From Gammaproteobacteria bacterium (GTDB lineage: Bacteria; Pseudomonadota; Gammaproteobacteria; Steroidobacterales; Foliamicaceae): a stretch of DNA of 64,000 bases. A model generated the notes under the pieces. It was not told the DNA's origin. It saw nothing but the letters and a program-made list of their open reading frames with translations, and ran no database searches. The stretch is from assembly GCA_965115835.1 (NCBI GenBank), contig OZ220471.1:1095037-1159036 (forward strand), in the 5' to 3' direction. Below are positions 54,347-64,000 of the stretch, piece by piece (the first letter of the stretch is position 1; each line of letters opens with the position of its first letter). The position numbers and the translations under genes are program-made.

Positions 54347-56458
54347 TCAAAAGTGCGAGCGGAATCCGAGGACCAGATTGCGACCCGGCAGCGGCACTGT
54401 GTCCTTGACCAGCGAGCTGTGCCGGCGCGCGTCTTCGTCGCCCAGATTGCGCCCGTGCACGAACAGATCGAAGGTGATTCCGCCCGAAGTTTCGATGGTC
54501 CAGGTGAAGTCCGCGTTGATCATCGTGTAGCCTTCCGTCGATGTTTCGATGGCGGCGACCCGATCCTGATCGTCGTAGACCGTCACCTCCAGCCCGGCGA
54601 GGAACCGTTCGTTGTGGAACTGGATACGCGAACCGTAACGCAACGGCGGAATCCTCGGGAGATAGGCGCCGTTGGCGAGTTTGCCCCTGACGTAATCGGC
54701 AAACAAGCGGATGTCCAGTTCCGCGTCGCCGACCATGAAGAGAGGTGTGAAGAATTCCGCCTCGACCCCTGTAAAGTCCGCGTCCCGCTGCACGTAATTG
54801 AAGATCGGGAACTCTCCGTGGTCATCGAACTCGCCTGAATCCTCGGGATAGATGAAGTCGGCGAAATCGGTAAGAAACGCTGTAATGCTCCAGCTCATGT
54901 CACCTTGCGACCTGCGCAGGCCGATGTCCATGTGTCGCGAGGTTTCCACGCCGAGACCGGGATTGCCAATCTCGACCGTACGAGTCGCCACATGCAGCCC
55001 GTTCGCATAGAGCTCCTCGGCTGCCGGCAAGCGCTCCGCGAGCGCCGCGTTGATCGCAAGTGAATAGCCGTTGCCGAAATCGCGGATTCCCTCCAGCGAA
55101 AGGCTGGCGGCGCTGCCGCTGACCTCCGGCGAGTTGCCCGACGACTTCTGCTTCTGGTATTCCAGTCGGCCGCCCACCGATACGCGCCAATCCGCGAAGG
55201 CGCGCTGTTCGACGACGAATGCGCCGTAACTCGATGTCTCGAACGGCGGAAGAAAGGCTTCGTCGCCGGTGACCGTCAACTCCCGGCGACCGAGTTGCAC
55301 TCCGAACGCTCCGTCCCAGTTGCCGAGAGGGGCATGCATGAATTCGAGCCGCCCGTCCCAGATATCACTCTCGAATTGGGCGCCCACCTCGTCGCCTTCG
55401 AATTCCAGATGCTCGTAGTCGCTGACTCCGAGCCTTGCGTTGATCGCATCGACAACGCCGGAAAGACCAACCCAGCCTCCCTTGAGATCGAAGCGGGTCT
55501 GCTTCATGTCGATGCGGACGGCCTCGTCGCCCTCATGCTCATGCTCGTCATCGTGATCCTCCTCTTCCTCGTGGTGGTGATGACCCGGAAGGCCGTATTT
55601 GGTGTTGAAACCACTCACGGACACGCCGAAGAAGCCGTTATCGTGCAGCCAGCTTCCGCCAAGCGAAAACGTGTTGCCGTCCAGATCGCTGTTTTCCACA
55701 ATACCGAATATCGGCTCCTCGTGATCCTCGTCATCGTGATCCTCCCCCTCGTGCTCATCGTGGTGTTCGAGAGCCGCGTCCCGATCTGCAAAACCGGGAA
55801 TCTCGTAGTCTTTCGACTGTCTGCCGATCACATCGAGATGCCAGGCAAAGCGATCGTTGCCGCCGTTCAGGGCAACCAGACCGCTGCGGGACTCCGCAAC
55901 CGAATCACCGCTAACCTGGAATACGCCCTCGAATCCATCGGCAGGACTGTATACGGGGATGCGGTTCGTGATGGTATTGACCACGCCGCCAACCGCGCCG
56001 TTGCCGTAGAGCAGGGTCGTCGGCCCGCGAAATATCTCGATCTGCTCGGCGATGAGCGGGTCGATGCTCACCGCATGGTCCACGCTCACGACCGAGGCGT
56101 CCATGGATTCGACGCCGTCCTCCATTGTCCTTACCCGCGTGCCGGCCAGGCCGCGGATGATCGGCCGCGACGCGCCGGCGCCGAAAAACGATGCGCTCAC
56201 GCCGAGCTGATCGCCCAGCGTTTCGCCCAGGGTCGCACGAGTGATCCGCTCCAGCGTCTGTTCGCGAATAACGGTGATCGACTGGGCCAGTTCATCGGCG
56301 GACCGCTCGCGGAGCACGCCTGTGACGTGCAACTCCTCCAGCGGGCGGACGGCATTGTCCTGTTCGGCCTGCGCCGCGGCGGCACAGGGAAAAAGAACAA
56401 AGGGAAAAACCAGCGAAATTGCTTTCGCCGATGTGCGGAAAGTATCAGGGAATTGCAT
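54347..56458 (-). CDS. TonB-dependent receptor with two His/Asp/Glu-rich loops (703 aa)
   Basis: Start MQFPDTF... with signal ...VLFPCAAAAQA. Plug motifs LHVTGV..., IEIFRGPTTLLYGNGAVGGVVN. His-rich inserts HHDEHEGEDHDDEDHEE and GHHHHEEEEDHDDEHEHEGDE. C-terminal ...GRNLVLGFRSHF. Confidence 0.85.
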   Translation of the reverse strand: MQFPDTFRTSAKAISLVFPFVLFPCAAAAQAEQDNAVRPLEELHVTGVLRERSADELAQSITVIREQTLERITRATLGETLGDQLGVSASFFGAGASRPIIRGLAGTRVRTMEDGVESMDASVVSVDHAVSIDPLIAEQIEIFRGPTTLLYGNGAVGGVVNTITNRIPVYSPADGFEGVFQVSGDSVAESRSGLVALNGGNDRFAWHLDVIGRQSKDYEIPGFADRDAALEHHDEHEGEDHDDEDHEEPIFGIVENSDLDGNTFSLGGSWLHDNGFFGVSVSGFNTKYGLPGHHHHEEEEDHDDEHEHEGDEAVRIDMKQTRFDLKGGWVGLSGVVDAINARLGVSDYEHLEFEGDEVGAQFESDIWDGRLEFMHAPLGNWDGAFGVQLGRRELTVTGDEAFLPPFETSSYGAFVVEQRAFADWRVSVGGRLEYQKQKSSGNSPEVSGSAASLSLEGIRDFGNGYSLAINAALAERLPAAEELYANGLHVATRTVEIGNPGLGVETSRHMDIGLRRSQGDMSWSITAFLTDFADFIYPEDSGEFDDHGEFPIFNYVQRDADFTGVEAEFFTPLFMVGDAELDIRLFADYVRGKLANGAYLPRIPPLRYGSRIQFHNERFLAGLEVTVYDDQDRVAAIETSTEGYTMINADFTWTIETSGGITFDLFVHGRNLGDEDARRHSSLVKDTVPLPGRNLVLGFRSHF

Positions 56459-56537
56459 GGACTGCTCCGGAATCTCGAATGTGAAGTACGCCCCGCGCTC
56501 CGAATCCGATCCGGAACGGCGAGGACTTGAGCGAGGT

Positions 56538-56867
56538 TCAGGAAGCAGGCGGTGGAGCGCGCGCGAACCGTGTCTTGCGGAAGGAGTCCGACGCTGGCCG
56601 ACGACTGGCCGGAGCAGGCAGGGAAACAGAAACCGCCAGTGGCGAGACAGCCTTGACAGCATGGACATTTGCGTCAGCCAAGCTGGCGCCGACGACACAG
56701 TATTCGCAGATGCTGCCGGGGGCGTGATGGTCGTCGGCGGGAGCGTGATTATCGCCGGCGAAGACATGGCTCACAGCGATCGACTGCACCGCGACGAGGG
56801 CTGACGCCATCACCGCCGCAAAGAGCGTACGTCTGTCCGTCAAGTTTTTGAGCCAGCCTGCATTCAC
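56538..56867 (-). CDS. small exported His/Cys protein, DUF2946-like
   Basis: GTG start. Signal ...TLFAAVMASALVAVQSIAVSHVFA|GD, then NHAPADDHHAPGSICEYCVV. It lies upstream of the TonB receptor, as DUF2946 genes often do. TATAAT sits 7 nt upstream of the GTG. Confidence 0.45.
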   Translation of the reverse strand: MNAGWLKNLTDRRTLFAAVMASALVAVQSIAVSHVFAGDNHAPADDHHAPGSICEYCVVGASLADANVHAVKAVSPLAVSVSLPAPASRRPASDSFRKTRFARAPPPAS

Positions 56868-56882
56868 GCGACGATTATAAGC

Positions 56883-56913
56883 AAAAAAGCCCGCGCCTCA
56901 CAAACTGCCCGGG
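56883..56913 (-). terminator. possible terminator after the dehydratase gene
   Basis: The minus strand reads CCCGGGC-AGTTTGTGAG-GCGCGGG (one mismatch), followed by CTTTTTTG. Confidence 0.4.
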
Positions 56914-57096
56914 TTCGCCGCCGATAAGGTAACGGGCGCTTGAAGGCGCCCCTGTGAATAGATGCGAGGACCGTTTCCTGACTGCCTCCCGACAGTCCCT
57001 GCGACAAGCTGTGCTATCGCAAACCAGATCAAGATCCCTGGACAGTCGCCGCCAGCAAATCCATGGCTTGCGCCCACATCCTGCCGGAACTTCGGG

Positions 57097-58068
57097 CTAC
57101 AGGAGGCCCCGGAAGGTGGCGAGGTCGATATTGGAGCCGCAAAACAGCACTCCGGCGTGTTTGCCCTCCAGGCGTTCCCGGAGCGGTCCCAGCGCGGCCG
57201 CCGTGGCAGTGGCGCAGGCGGGCTCCACCATCATCTTCAGTTCCCCGAGTATCAGGCGCATGGCGTCCCTGATTTCGGCGTCGGATACCTGCCCCAGCGA
57301 ATCCATGTAGCGATGGGCCAACTCGAAGCTGTATTCCCGCGCATTGGGGGCTCGCAGGCTGTCGGCGATCGAATCCATGCGGTGCGCGGAAACCGGCGCT
57401 TTCCGGGCCAGACTCTGGAACATCGAATCGGCGCCCACGGGTTCGGCGCCGTACACGGCGATCTCCGGACGGATCTGTTTTGCGGCCGCCGCCATGCCGG
57501 CAATGAGCCCGCCGCCGCCAACCGGGATGACCAGAGCATCCAGGTCCGGAACCTGTTCCAGCCACTCCATCGCCAGCGCGCCCGTGCCGATGGCGATCGG
57601 GCGTCCCTCGAAGGGATGCACCAGCGTGCGCCCCGCCTCGCTTTCGATGTTCAGGACGCGCTGAAAACCGGCGGCGGCGCTGTCCGCCATTTCCACCTGC
57701 GCGCCCCAGGCCCTGGCCTGCTGAACCCGCGCCGGATTGGCCGGAGAGATGATCACCACATGCGCGGAAGCGCCCACCACATGCGCGGCCCAGGCCACCG
57801 CGATAGCGTGATTTCCGGCGCTTATCGCGGTCACGCCTCTATCGATTTGCTCCCTGGAAAGCGAGAGCATCCAGGCCAGGGCGCCCCTGGCCTTGAATGT
57901 GCCGGTCATCTGCAGCAATTCAAGCTTCACGCAGACCCGCAGGCCGGGCGCCTGCTCACGAATTGCCGGGCCGCGCCATTCATGCACCGGGGTGCGCGCC
58001 ACACGGTCGCGAACCGCCTCGCGGTAGGCGCGTATCTCCGCAAGCGAAGGAGGCTGATGATCTTTCAT
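57097..58068 (-). CDS. PLP-dependent threonine/serine dehydratase family protein
   Basis: PLP-lysine motif LQMTGTFKARGA. Also SAGNHAIAVAWAA and the Gly-rich loop IPVGGGGLIAGMA. Confidence 0.9.
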   Translation of the reverse strand: MKDHQPPSLAEIRAYREAVRDRVARTPVHEWRGPAIREQAPGLRVCVKLELLQMTGTFKARGALAWMLSLSREQIDRGVTAISAGNHAIAVAWAAHVVGASAHVVIISPANPARVQQARAWGAQVEMADSAAAGFQRVLNIESEAGRTLVHPFEGRPIAIGTGALAMEWLEQVPDLDALVIPVGGGGLIAGMAAAAKQIRPEIAVYGAEPVGADSMFQSLARKAPVSAHRMDSIADSLRAPNAREYSFELAHRYMDSLGQVSDAEIRDAMRLILGELKMMVEPACATATAAALGPLRERLEGKHAGVLFCGSNIDLATFRGLL

Positions 58069-58117
58069 GCCATGACTCCCCCGGTAGCGCCGCGGCGTCG
58101 CGCCCCGCGCACGAACT

Positions 58118-59386
58118 TCATTCGAACCTCGCCAGAGCGTAATCCGCCAGCGGAATATCCGGCGTCTGGCCAGTCAGATGCTGCGCCAGCGCCTTGCCGG
58201 TACCGGTCGCCATGGACCAGCCGAGATGACCATGTCCGGTAGCCAGATGCAATCCCTCAACGGGAGTGGGGCCGATGATGGGCACGCCGTCGGGGGATGC
58301 GGGCCGCAGACCGCACCACGGACGCATGTCGTCGGGCGCAATCCGCTCCGCATGCCGGGGAAGAACCGCAGCCAGAAGATTGCGCAGGTTGGCGACGCGC
58401 TCGGGCGAAAGGTTGCTGTTGAAGCCCGTGAACTCCACGGTCCCTCCTACCCGGATCCGCTGGCCTCCGAGCGGTACCACGCCGGCCTTGTAGCGGTCAT
58501 CCAGAACCGCGTGCTCCAGCGGCTGCAAACCCTCCGGCATGGGCGTCGTCAGCGAATAGCCCTTGGCCGGATACACCGGAACTGCGACTCCCAGCGGGCG
58601 CACCAGACCTGGGGTATAGCTGCCGGCGGCCACCACCACGCCATCGGCGCGAAGCTCCTCCCCGCCACGCAAGCGAACGCCGCATACTCGCCCCTGCGTC
58701 GCCACCAGACCCTCGGCCGTTTCGCCGAAGCGGAACACGGCGCCGCGTTCCGAAGCCAGCCGGGCAAGACCGCAACTGAACTTGTGTGCGTCGCCCACCC
58801 GGTCCGCACGGAAATGGAAGCCGCCCGCCAGCTCGCCGGCGACCGGCTCCAGCGCCGGCTCGCGCTCCACCACTCCCCGGGGATTCAGTTCCTCCACGGG
58901 CACCGCGTCGGCGCCGAGCAAACGACAATGCTCGCGCCCTCGTTTCATCGCAGCCTCATCACGACACACTTCGATAATTCCGGACTGGTCCGCATCGAAA
59001 TCCATGGGAAAACCGGAATTGATTTCATCCATTACTTCAATGGAATAATTGCATAGCCTCAGGTTTTTTCTGATATTCGATTCATGCCGTGCGGGACTGC
59101 TGTTGCGCAGGAAGCGGTAGCCCCAGGCAAGCAGTCCGGGGAAGGCGGCGGGCCTGACCAGAAGTGCGGCCTCCTTGCGGCCGAAGTACTTCAGCAGGGT
59201 CAGCCAAACGCCCGGGGAATTCCACGGCGCCGACAGGCTGGGCGTAAGCATGCTCCCGTTGGCAAAACTGGTTTCCAGCGCCGGGCCGTCGCAGCGCTCG
59301 ACTACGGTCACGGCAGCGCCGGCCCGAATCAGGAACCAGGCCGCAGTGACGCCGATGACGCCACAGCCTATGACGATGACATGCAT
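58118..59386 (-). CDS. dadA: FAD-dependent D-amino-acid dehydrogenase-like oxidoreductase
   Basis: MHVIVIGCGVIGVTAAWFL (GxGxxG), ALETSFANGSMLTP, VYPAKGYSLT, GLRPASPDGVPIIG and TGHGHLGWSMA are collinear with E. coli DadA as I recall it. Confidence 0.85.
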   Translation of the reverse strand: MHVIVIGCGVIGVTAAWFLIRAGAAVTVVERCDGPALETSFANGSMLTPSLSAPWNSPGVWLTLLKYFGRKEAALLVRPAAFPGLLAWGYRFLRNSSPARHESNIRKNLRLCNYSIEVMDEINSGFPMDFDADQSGIIEVCRDEAAMKRGREHCRLLGADAVPVEELNPRGVVEREPALEPVAGELAGGFHFRADRVGDAHKFSCGLARLASERGAVFRFGETAEGLVATQGRVCGVRLRGGEELRADGVVVAAGSYTPGLVRPLGVAVPVYPAKGYSLTTPMPEGLQPLEHAVLDDRYKAGVVPLGGQRIRVGGTVEFTGFNSNLSPERVANLRNLLAAVLPRHAERIAPDDMRPWCGLRPASPDGVPIIGPTPVEGLHLATGHGHLGWSMATGTGKALAQHLTGQTPDIPLADYALARFE

Positions 59387-59410
59387 GAAGCGCGTGTCGC
59401 GGCGCCGACC

Positions 59411-60124
59411 TCAATCGGCGATCAGGCGGGCAAATCGCGTGAATACGCGCCGGCCGAGCTCCATGGAGCGGGTCATGCAGGAGCGGGTATCCGCCAGTAT
59501 CCTCCTGGCGCTGATGCGTCCTTCCTCCGCCAACCAACCCCTGGCTGCATCCCGCCGCACCCACTCCTCGATCATGGGCTGCAGGATTTCCAGGTGAAAC
59601 TGGATTGCGTAGCCAGCCTCGCCGTAGCGGAAGGCCTGATTGACGCAATCGGGCGAAGACGCCAGGAGAGCGGCGCCTTTCGGCAAATCGAATGTATCGC
59701 CATGCCATTGCAACACGACCTCGCGCTCTTCCAATGCGGCAAACAGGGGATCCCGGCCGGCATCGTCGGTTACGTTCAGGTCGTACCACCCCACCTCGCG
59801 GACCGGATTGGGATAGACCTCGCTGCCCAGCGTCCTGGCCATGATCTGGGCGCCGAGACAGACACCCAGGGAGGGAAGCGACCTTTCCATGAACCGGGCC
59901 AGGAGTCGCTCCACATGAAGCAGGTGCGGGTAACGGGCGGTGTCATTGGCGCCCATCGGCCCACCCATCACGACCAGCCCGGCATGTCCGTCGAGACCCG
60001 GGCGCGCCGAGGCGTCGCGCTGAAAGTCGACGATATCAAGCGCGAGCCCCTCGTTTGCGAGGAGCGGCTCCAGCAAACCTTCCGTCTCGTAGCTTACGTT
60101 GCGAATTACCAGTACTTTCTTCAT
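59411..60124 (-). CDS. class I glutamine amidotransferase-like protein
   Basis: MKKVLVIRNVSYETEG...LVVMGGPMGANDT...PSLGVCLGAQIMA (nucleophile Cys)...LQWHGDTF. Start chosen at 60124 (MKKVLV). Confidence 0.8.
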   Translation of the reverse strand: MKKVLVIRNVSYETEGLLEPLLANEGLALDIVDFQRDASARPGLDGHAGLVVMGGPMGANDTARYPHLLHVERLLARFMERSLPSLGVCLGAQIMARTLGSEVYPNPVREVGWYDLNVTDDAGRDPLFAALEEREVVLQWHGDTFDLPKGAALLASSPDCVNQAFRYGEAGYAIQFHLEILQPMIEEWVRRDAARGWLAEEGRISARRILADTRSCMTRSMELGRRVFTRFARLIAD

Positions 60125-60199
60125 CGCTTTACATTTGCACAGCATGCGCGATAAGGACAGGGGATTGTAACCGCCGGAAAACGAAAAGCGGCCGGGTTA

Positions 60200-60320
60200 C
60201 AGCCATTCTCGCTAATGATGCAGAGTCGTTCGTTCAGGGCCGGATACCCGGGCTTGTGACTATTCAGGCGTTGGACCGGAGCTGATTTTCGAGCATTGTC
60301 ACGCTTGGCGGGAATTGCTG
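60200..60320. mobile_element. MITE-like element, uninterrupted copy (121 bp)
   Basis: Aligns with 30739-30785 plus 32528-32595. Termini are CAGCCATTCTCGC and GCGGGAATTGCTG. It contains an internal AACGA-TGCAGAG-TCGTT hairpin. Confidence 0.6.
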
Positions 60321-60567
60321 GGCGGATCATGAAGGCCAGCCTCGGGCTTCCGTTCCGGCTTGCAGACAAGCGTTCGTTCGAGCCCTGGAATCGAATAGCC
60401 TGCGGGAGGGGTGGATAGACATAGCTACCCGATTTGCCGAGTCAGCGGCCAATTTCCGTCCCCGCGGCCTCGGAGTTCCGAGGCTCGTCCCAACAGTTAC
60501 GCTGGCAGCCCCAGCAGACGAGGGCGCCCTGCCCTCGCCGAACCTGTCCCTTGCGGCTCTTTTCTCC

Positions 60568-62661
60568 CTACTGCACCAGCACGCGCGCTGCAACGGTCTC
60601 CGTTTTCGGCAGCAGGCACAGGTCGTCCTTGCAGGTCTGGTAGGTGACCTCGGCGCTGACCTCGTAAAGCCCCGGCAGGACGCTGGCCTGCGCCTGTAGC
60701 GACTGCGTCCAGATAACACCCCGGCCCCTGTGAACATCGTACGAACCCTTGAATCCGAAGGGCGGCGACTTCACCTCGCTGGCGGCCTCCAATCCGTCCG
60801 GCACGCTGAAGGTCACGCGGGTTTCCTTCATGCCCTGGGCATCGTTCCGTCCCGTGGAGGCGTAGACGTACCAACCATCCTGCATGTCGAGCCGAACGCT
60901 GACCTCCACGCTGCCCCCCTGATCCAGCACGGCCAGCGGCGGGTCCATGCTGACCGTTACCGGCGAAGCGTCCGGGGCGTTCGGCAAAACATCCGAAGCG
61001 TCCGGGGCCTTCGACAAGCGCCCGTCGTCCATGCCTGCGCTCGCCTCGGGCGCGGCATTTCCAGCCATCGCCGGCCCGTCGCCGGCTGCATTCCTGCTGC
61101 CCAGCATCACGTACACGCGCCCCTGATGCCGCATCGTCAGCCAGTGGCCCTTCCCTTCCCTGTAGAGCCTGCCGACCGAATCCTCCCAATAGGGCAATTG
61201 CTCCCTGGCCATTTTCTCCAACTCTTCGTCGCCGGGCATTTCGACCGTCACGCCCTCGGCTGCCCGCATGGCAATGATTTCCTCATACATCGCCCGCTGC
61301 GTTTCCAGTGTGGGACGAGGACGCGGTGGATACCGCCCCGGGTCCTTGCCGGCGCTCTCGACCTTGTTCACATCTTCCCACTCCCAAGACAGTTCGTCGC
61401 TGAACTCGCCGTCGTTGACGGTCGCCACGCTCGCGCCGATGATCAGGTCGTTCACGCCGTCCGAGTTCCAGTCGTCCACGTAAACCCGCTGGCCGCTGCC
61501 CGGAAGGGCCTTGGCCCCGCCTTGCGCGGGCAACAGATCAATGCCCGGCTCGAAACGATGGCCTGCCGGAGTCTTGACGCCACGAAAGAACGAAACGGCG
61601 CGGCTGATGGGCTTTCGGTACGAATCGGTCACCAGCAAGTCCAGTACGCCATCCTGGTCCCAGTCCACAGCAAGCGGATTGGGCTTGCCGTCGCCGGAGG
61701 GCGCCAGCCGCTCGCCCGCTCGCATGGACTGCGCCAGTGGGGTGCGCGCGAGCGGTCCGGAGTACGGGTCCAGCCGCTCGCCCGCCCGCATGTACTGCAC
61801 TTCCTTGTCCGTGTATCGGCGGGTTTGCAGCGGCTTGCCGTGGACATCCAGCAGCAACTCGCGAACTCCGAAGCGAGGATTCGCAGGGCCGCCAATGTTC
61901 TCGCTGACTCGCAAACCGCCGCTGCCGCCAACGATCAGGTCGTAGTCGCCGTCATCGTCCAGATCGCCGAACGTGGCCGATGTGTATACCCAATAATCGA
62001 AGCTGCCGATATCACCCGGTTCGCCATCGTAGCCGAAGGCCGGGTTGCCGTCCGAAGCCGGGTCGCCCTCCTGGGGCAACGTCTGGCCTGGCAGGAAGCC
62101 ATCGGGACTGCCCCGGAACCAGGTGACCTCGCCCGGATGGTACTGGCCGGTGATCATGTCCTTGTGCCCGTCGGCGTCCAGGTCGTAGAACATGGGCGTG
62201 AAACCGATGCAGCACCACTGGGGAACTTCCATGATGGCGCCTTCCGTATCCCGCGCCCACTCGAATTCCTCCGCAAACCGCGGTTCGGGATCCGTCCCGA
62301 CATTCCGATAAACCCGGATCGTCGACCCATCCGCTCCCATGGGAAAGTCCGAGGAATTTGTCTCGAACTCGCCCACCAGCAGGTCTCGCCTGCCGTCGCC
62401 GTCCCAGTCCCACAGCGCCGGCGCCGCCAGACCATGCTTTTCGGTAAGCACCGGCCCGTCGCCGGCCATCACCAGAAACGGCTCGCCAAGGATTGGCGCC
62501 CCCGGAACCGCCGCGGGCATCAGCGTGGGAAAACCCATCTCGCCAAGACTCGGCGCTCCCGGAACCGCCTGGGGCGCCGACTTGGGAAAACTCATCTCGC
62601 CGGGACTCCCGCATCCCGCCAAGACCACGGTAACGATCAATAGTGTGTAGAACTTGCGCAT
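60568..62661 (-). CDS. FG-GAP/VCBS-repeat lipoprotein with a C-terminal DsbD-N-like domain (697 aa)
   Basis: RBS GGGAGG. Lipobox LIVTVVLAGC|GS. Repeats DWDGDGRRDLLVGE, DLDADGHKDMITGQ, GDLDDDGDYDLIVGG, VDWDQDGVLDLLVTD, DDWNSDGVNDLIIGA. C-terminus ...EVTYQTCKDDLCLLP. Confidence 0.85.
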   Translation of the reverse strand: MRKFYTLLIVTVVLAGCGSPGEMSFPKSAPQAVPGAPSLGEMGFPTLMPAAVPGAPILGEPFLVMAGDGPVLTEKHGLAAPALWDWDGDGRRDLLVGEFETNSSDFPMGADGSTIRVYRNVGTDPEPRFAEEFEWARDTEGAIMEVPQWCCIGFTPMFYDLDADGHKDMITGQYHPGEVTWFRGSPDGFLPGQTLPQEGDPASDGNPAFGYDGEPGDIGSFDYWVYTSATFGDLDDDGDYDLIVGGSGGLRVSENIGGPANPRFGVRELLLDVHGKPLQTRRYTDKEVQYMRAGERLDPYSGPLARTPLAQSMRAGERLAPSGDGKPNPLAVDWDQDGVLDLLVTDSYRKPISRAVSFFRGVKTPAGHRFEPGIDLLPAQGGAKALPGSGQRVYVDDWNSDGVNDLIIGASVATVNDGEFSDELSWEWEDVNKVESAGKDPGRYPPRPRPTLETQRAMYEEIIAMRAAEGVTVEMPGDEELEKMAREQLPYWEDSVGRLYREGKGHWLTMRHQGRVYVMLGSRNAAGDGPAMAGNAAPEASAGMDDGRLSKAPDASDVLPNAPDASPVTVSMDPPLAVLDQGGSVEVSVRLDMQDGWYVYASTGRNDAQGMKETRVTFSVPDGLEAASEVKSPPFGFKGSYDVHRGRGVIWTQSLQAQASVLPGLYEVSAEVTYQTCKDDLCLLPKTETVAARVLVQ

Positions 62662-62920
62662 CCGAAACCTCCCCTGCTGTTTCCTCATCAAGTCACGATT
62701 CCTGCGTTCGCATCATTTCCGCATCTACGCCTACCCTATCACAAAAATCAGCGCTGCATCGCCACATCGCGCACGCCCGCCAACGCGGCGAGACAGCGGC
62801 CAAAATAGTGGTGCGTGAAGTTCGCATCTGCACAGTTCGCGCGCACAATGCCCACTTGGCCAGTTGCGCGCTGACCTCCGGCTGTTGCCTGCACCGCACG
62901 CGCTACGCGGCGCGCACTGA

Positions 62921-64000
62921 TCAGATGCGCGCGAGCTCGCGGCGGAAGCAGCGCAGCGTCACCGGCGCAAGCGCAAGGACCAGGGCGCCGTAAATCAACG
63001 GCACGGCGGCAAATGCAAGAGCCAGACTCCTGGCGCCGGTAACGCCCGGCATCACGGATTCCAGAAACGCGTCGAAAGCGGCAATCCCGGTGCCGCCTTT
63101 GAACCAGTCGGACAGCCAGCCGACGGTGGACGGCCCCAGCGTCAGGCCGGCAATACTGATAGCCATGTAGTAGACGGCGGCAATCTGGCCGCGAAACTGC
63201 GCCGGCGTAATCATCAACAGCGCCGTCAGGCCGGTTGAGGTGGTCGTGGCAATGCCCACGAGACTGATGCCCAGCACAACGAATGCCGATGTCGTGCTCG
63301 GCATCAAGGCAATCAGGAAGCCAGTCGGCACGAAAAGGAATGCACCCGCAACGGCAATCAGCAAGGGAGCGTTGTCACGCCCTCTTCGCACCAGGAAATC
63401 GGACAGGGCGCCCGCCGCGAAAACGGCGCCCGGCGCACAAACCAGTGTGACAACGGCCTTGATCTTGGCGAATTCGGGAGTCTCCATTCCCCAAGTGCGC
63501 TCAAACATCGCAGGCATCCAGAAATGCGAGTACGCCACCGTGGTCATCAGGCAAAACGGCAGCAGGAAGGTCACGTAGGTTTTCCAGCGCGAGAAAAAAT
63601 GCCGGAGCATGCGCCACGGCGCCGTGGAGACGCCCTGTTTCAGATCCCGGCGCACAGGCTCCCTCACGGTCAGCATGGCGACAGACAGCAGCAGGCCGGG
63701 CAGCCCCACAATGATGAAAACCGCCTGCCAGGGCTTGACGGGACCGACCAGCGGCCAGTTCAGCACCTCCACGCCGCGCAGCGCGGCCAGCAACGTTCCG
63801 ATCGCGTAATAGGCTGTGGCGGTGCCGAGGGAGAGGGCCATGGAGTACACCGCAATCGCCTTGCCGCGCTTCTCTTTGGGGAAGCTGTCGGCGATCATCG
63901 ACATGGTGCATGGGCTCAAGGCCGCCTCGCCCACCCCGACGCTCATGCGCAAGAGGAACAACTGCAAGTAGTTGCGCGCCAGCCCGCAAAAGGCGGTCGC
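62921..64000 (-). CDS. MFS transporter, C-terminal about 360 codons; the gene starts beyond the right window edge
   Basis: The frame stays open to 64000 (...ATAFCGLARNYLQLFLLRMSVGVGEAALSP...). There are multiple hydrophobic helices. Confidence 0.85.
   Translation of the reverse strand, partial: ATAFCGLARNYLQLFLLRMSVGVGEAALSPCTMSMIADSFPKEKRGKAIAVYSMALSLGTATAYYAIGTLLAALRGVEVLNWPLVGPVKPWQAVFIIVGLPGLLLSVAMLTVREPVRRDLKQGVSTAPWRMLRHFFSRWKTYVTFLLPFCLMTTVAYSHFWMPAMFERTWGMETPEFAKIKAVVTLVCAPGAVFAAGALSDFLVRRGRDNAPLLIAVAGAFLFVPTGFLIALMPSTTSAFVVLGISLVGIATTTSTGLTALLMITPAQFRGQIAAVYYMAISIAGLTLGPSTVGWLSDWFKGGTGIAAFDAFLESVMPGVTGARSLALAFAAVPLIYGALVLALAPVTLRCFRRELARI

Noticed and set aside
42737-62643. Large antisense ORFs over the chromosomal genes (42737-44452-, 45771-48284+, 48944-50593+, 50734-51861+, 55295-56530+, 56962-58242+, 58178-59056+, 59084-60154+, 60730-62643+)
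   Set aside because: Each lies opposite a gene with unambiguous family motifs. All are Arg/Gly/Pro/Ala-rich high-GC shadow frames.
1-64000. Search for tRNA, rRNA or tmRNA genes as integration targets
   Set aside because: I found no cloverleaf-like sequence (T-loop GGTTCGAATCC-type motifs with matching acceptor stems) and no rRNA-like stretch. The only integrase-associated junction I could see lies within ssb.

Overview
This is high-GC, proteobacterial-looking DNA. All protein-family calls rest on motifs I could read by eye; no searches were run.

Positions 1 to about 43.0 kb are a heavily rearranged mobile-element mosaic. It contains two paralogous conjugative 'leading-region' modules, each made of an RHH protein, an oriT-like block, a DUF2493/SLOG-like protein, ssb, a multi-zinc-ribbon protein and small ORFs. 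One ssb is physically split: its 3' part ends at 7461 and its 5' part lies at 40131-40193. The two pieces are separated by a 32.7-kb segment bounded by an 8-bp direct repeat.

That segment starts with a tyrosine integrase. It carries a MobF/TrwC-type relaxase, a type II restriction-modification (RM) pair, an SMC/ABC-like ATPase with a small acidic partner, and a PLD/HKD nuclease-like cargo gene. It also carries the second, intact leading-region module, many IS elements (IS3, IS1595, IS1182, IS1380, three ISAs1-like copies with a DUF4338-like N-terminus) and a low-GC cassette of three small membrane proteins. I saw no T4SS or coupling-protein gene, so the element looks mobilizable rather than self-transmissible.

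Both oriT-like blocks contain a hairpin followed by a motif matching, from memory, the F-plasmid nic site. All genes downstream of it are oriented so that the transferred strand would be their template.

Positions about 43-64 kb look chromosomal:
- a 5'-truncated TonB-dependent-receptor-like gene at the mosaic boundary;
- a five-gene envelope operon (repeat-rich lipoprotein, lipoprotein, Ser/Thr kinase, FHA-PEGA-FGE/SUMF1 protein, small acidic secreted protein);
- a His-rich TonB-dependent receptor with a DUF2946-like partner;
- a threonine/serine dehydratase, a DadA-like dehydrogenase and a glutamine amidotransferase (GATase);
- an FG-GAP/DsbD-N lipoprotein and a partial MFS transporter.

No tRNA, rRNA or CRISPR array was seen. 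Most long ORFs antisense to the real genes are high-GC shadow frames.
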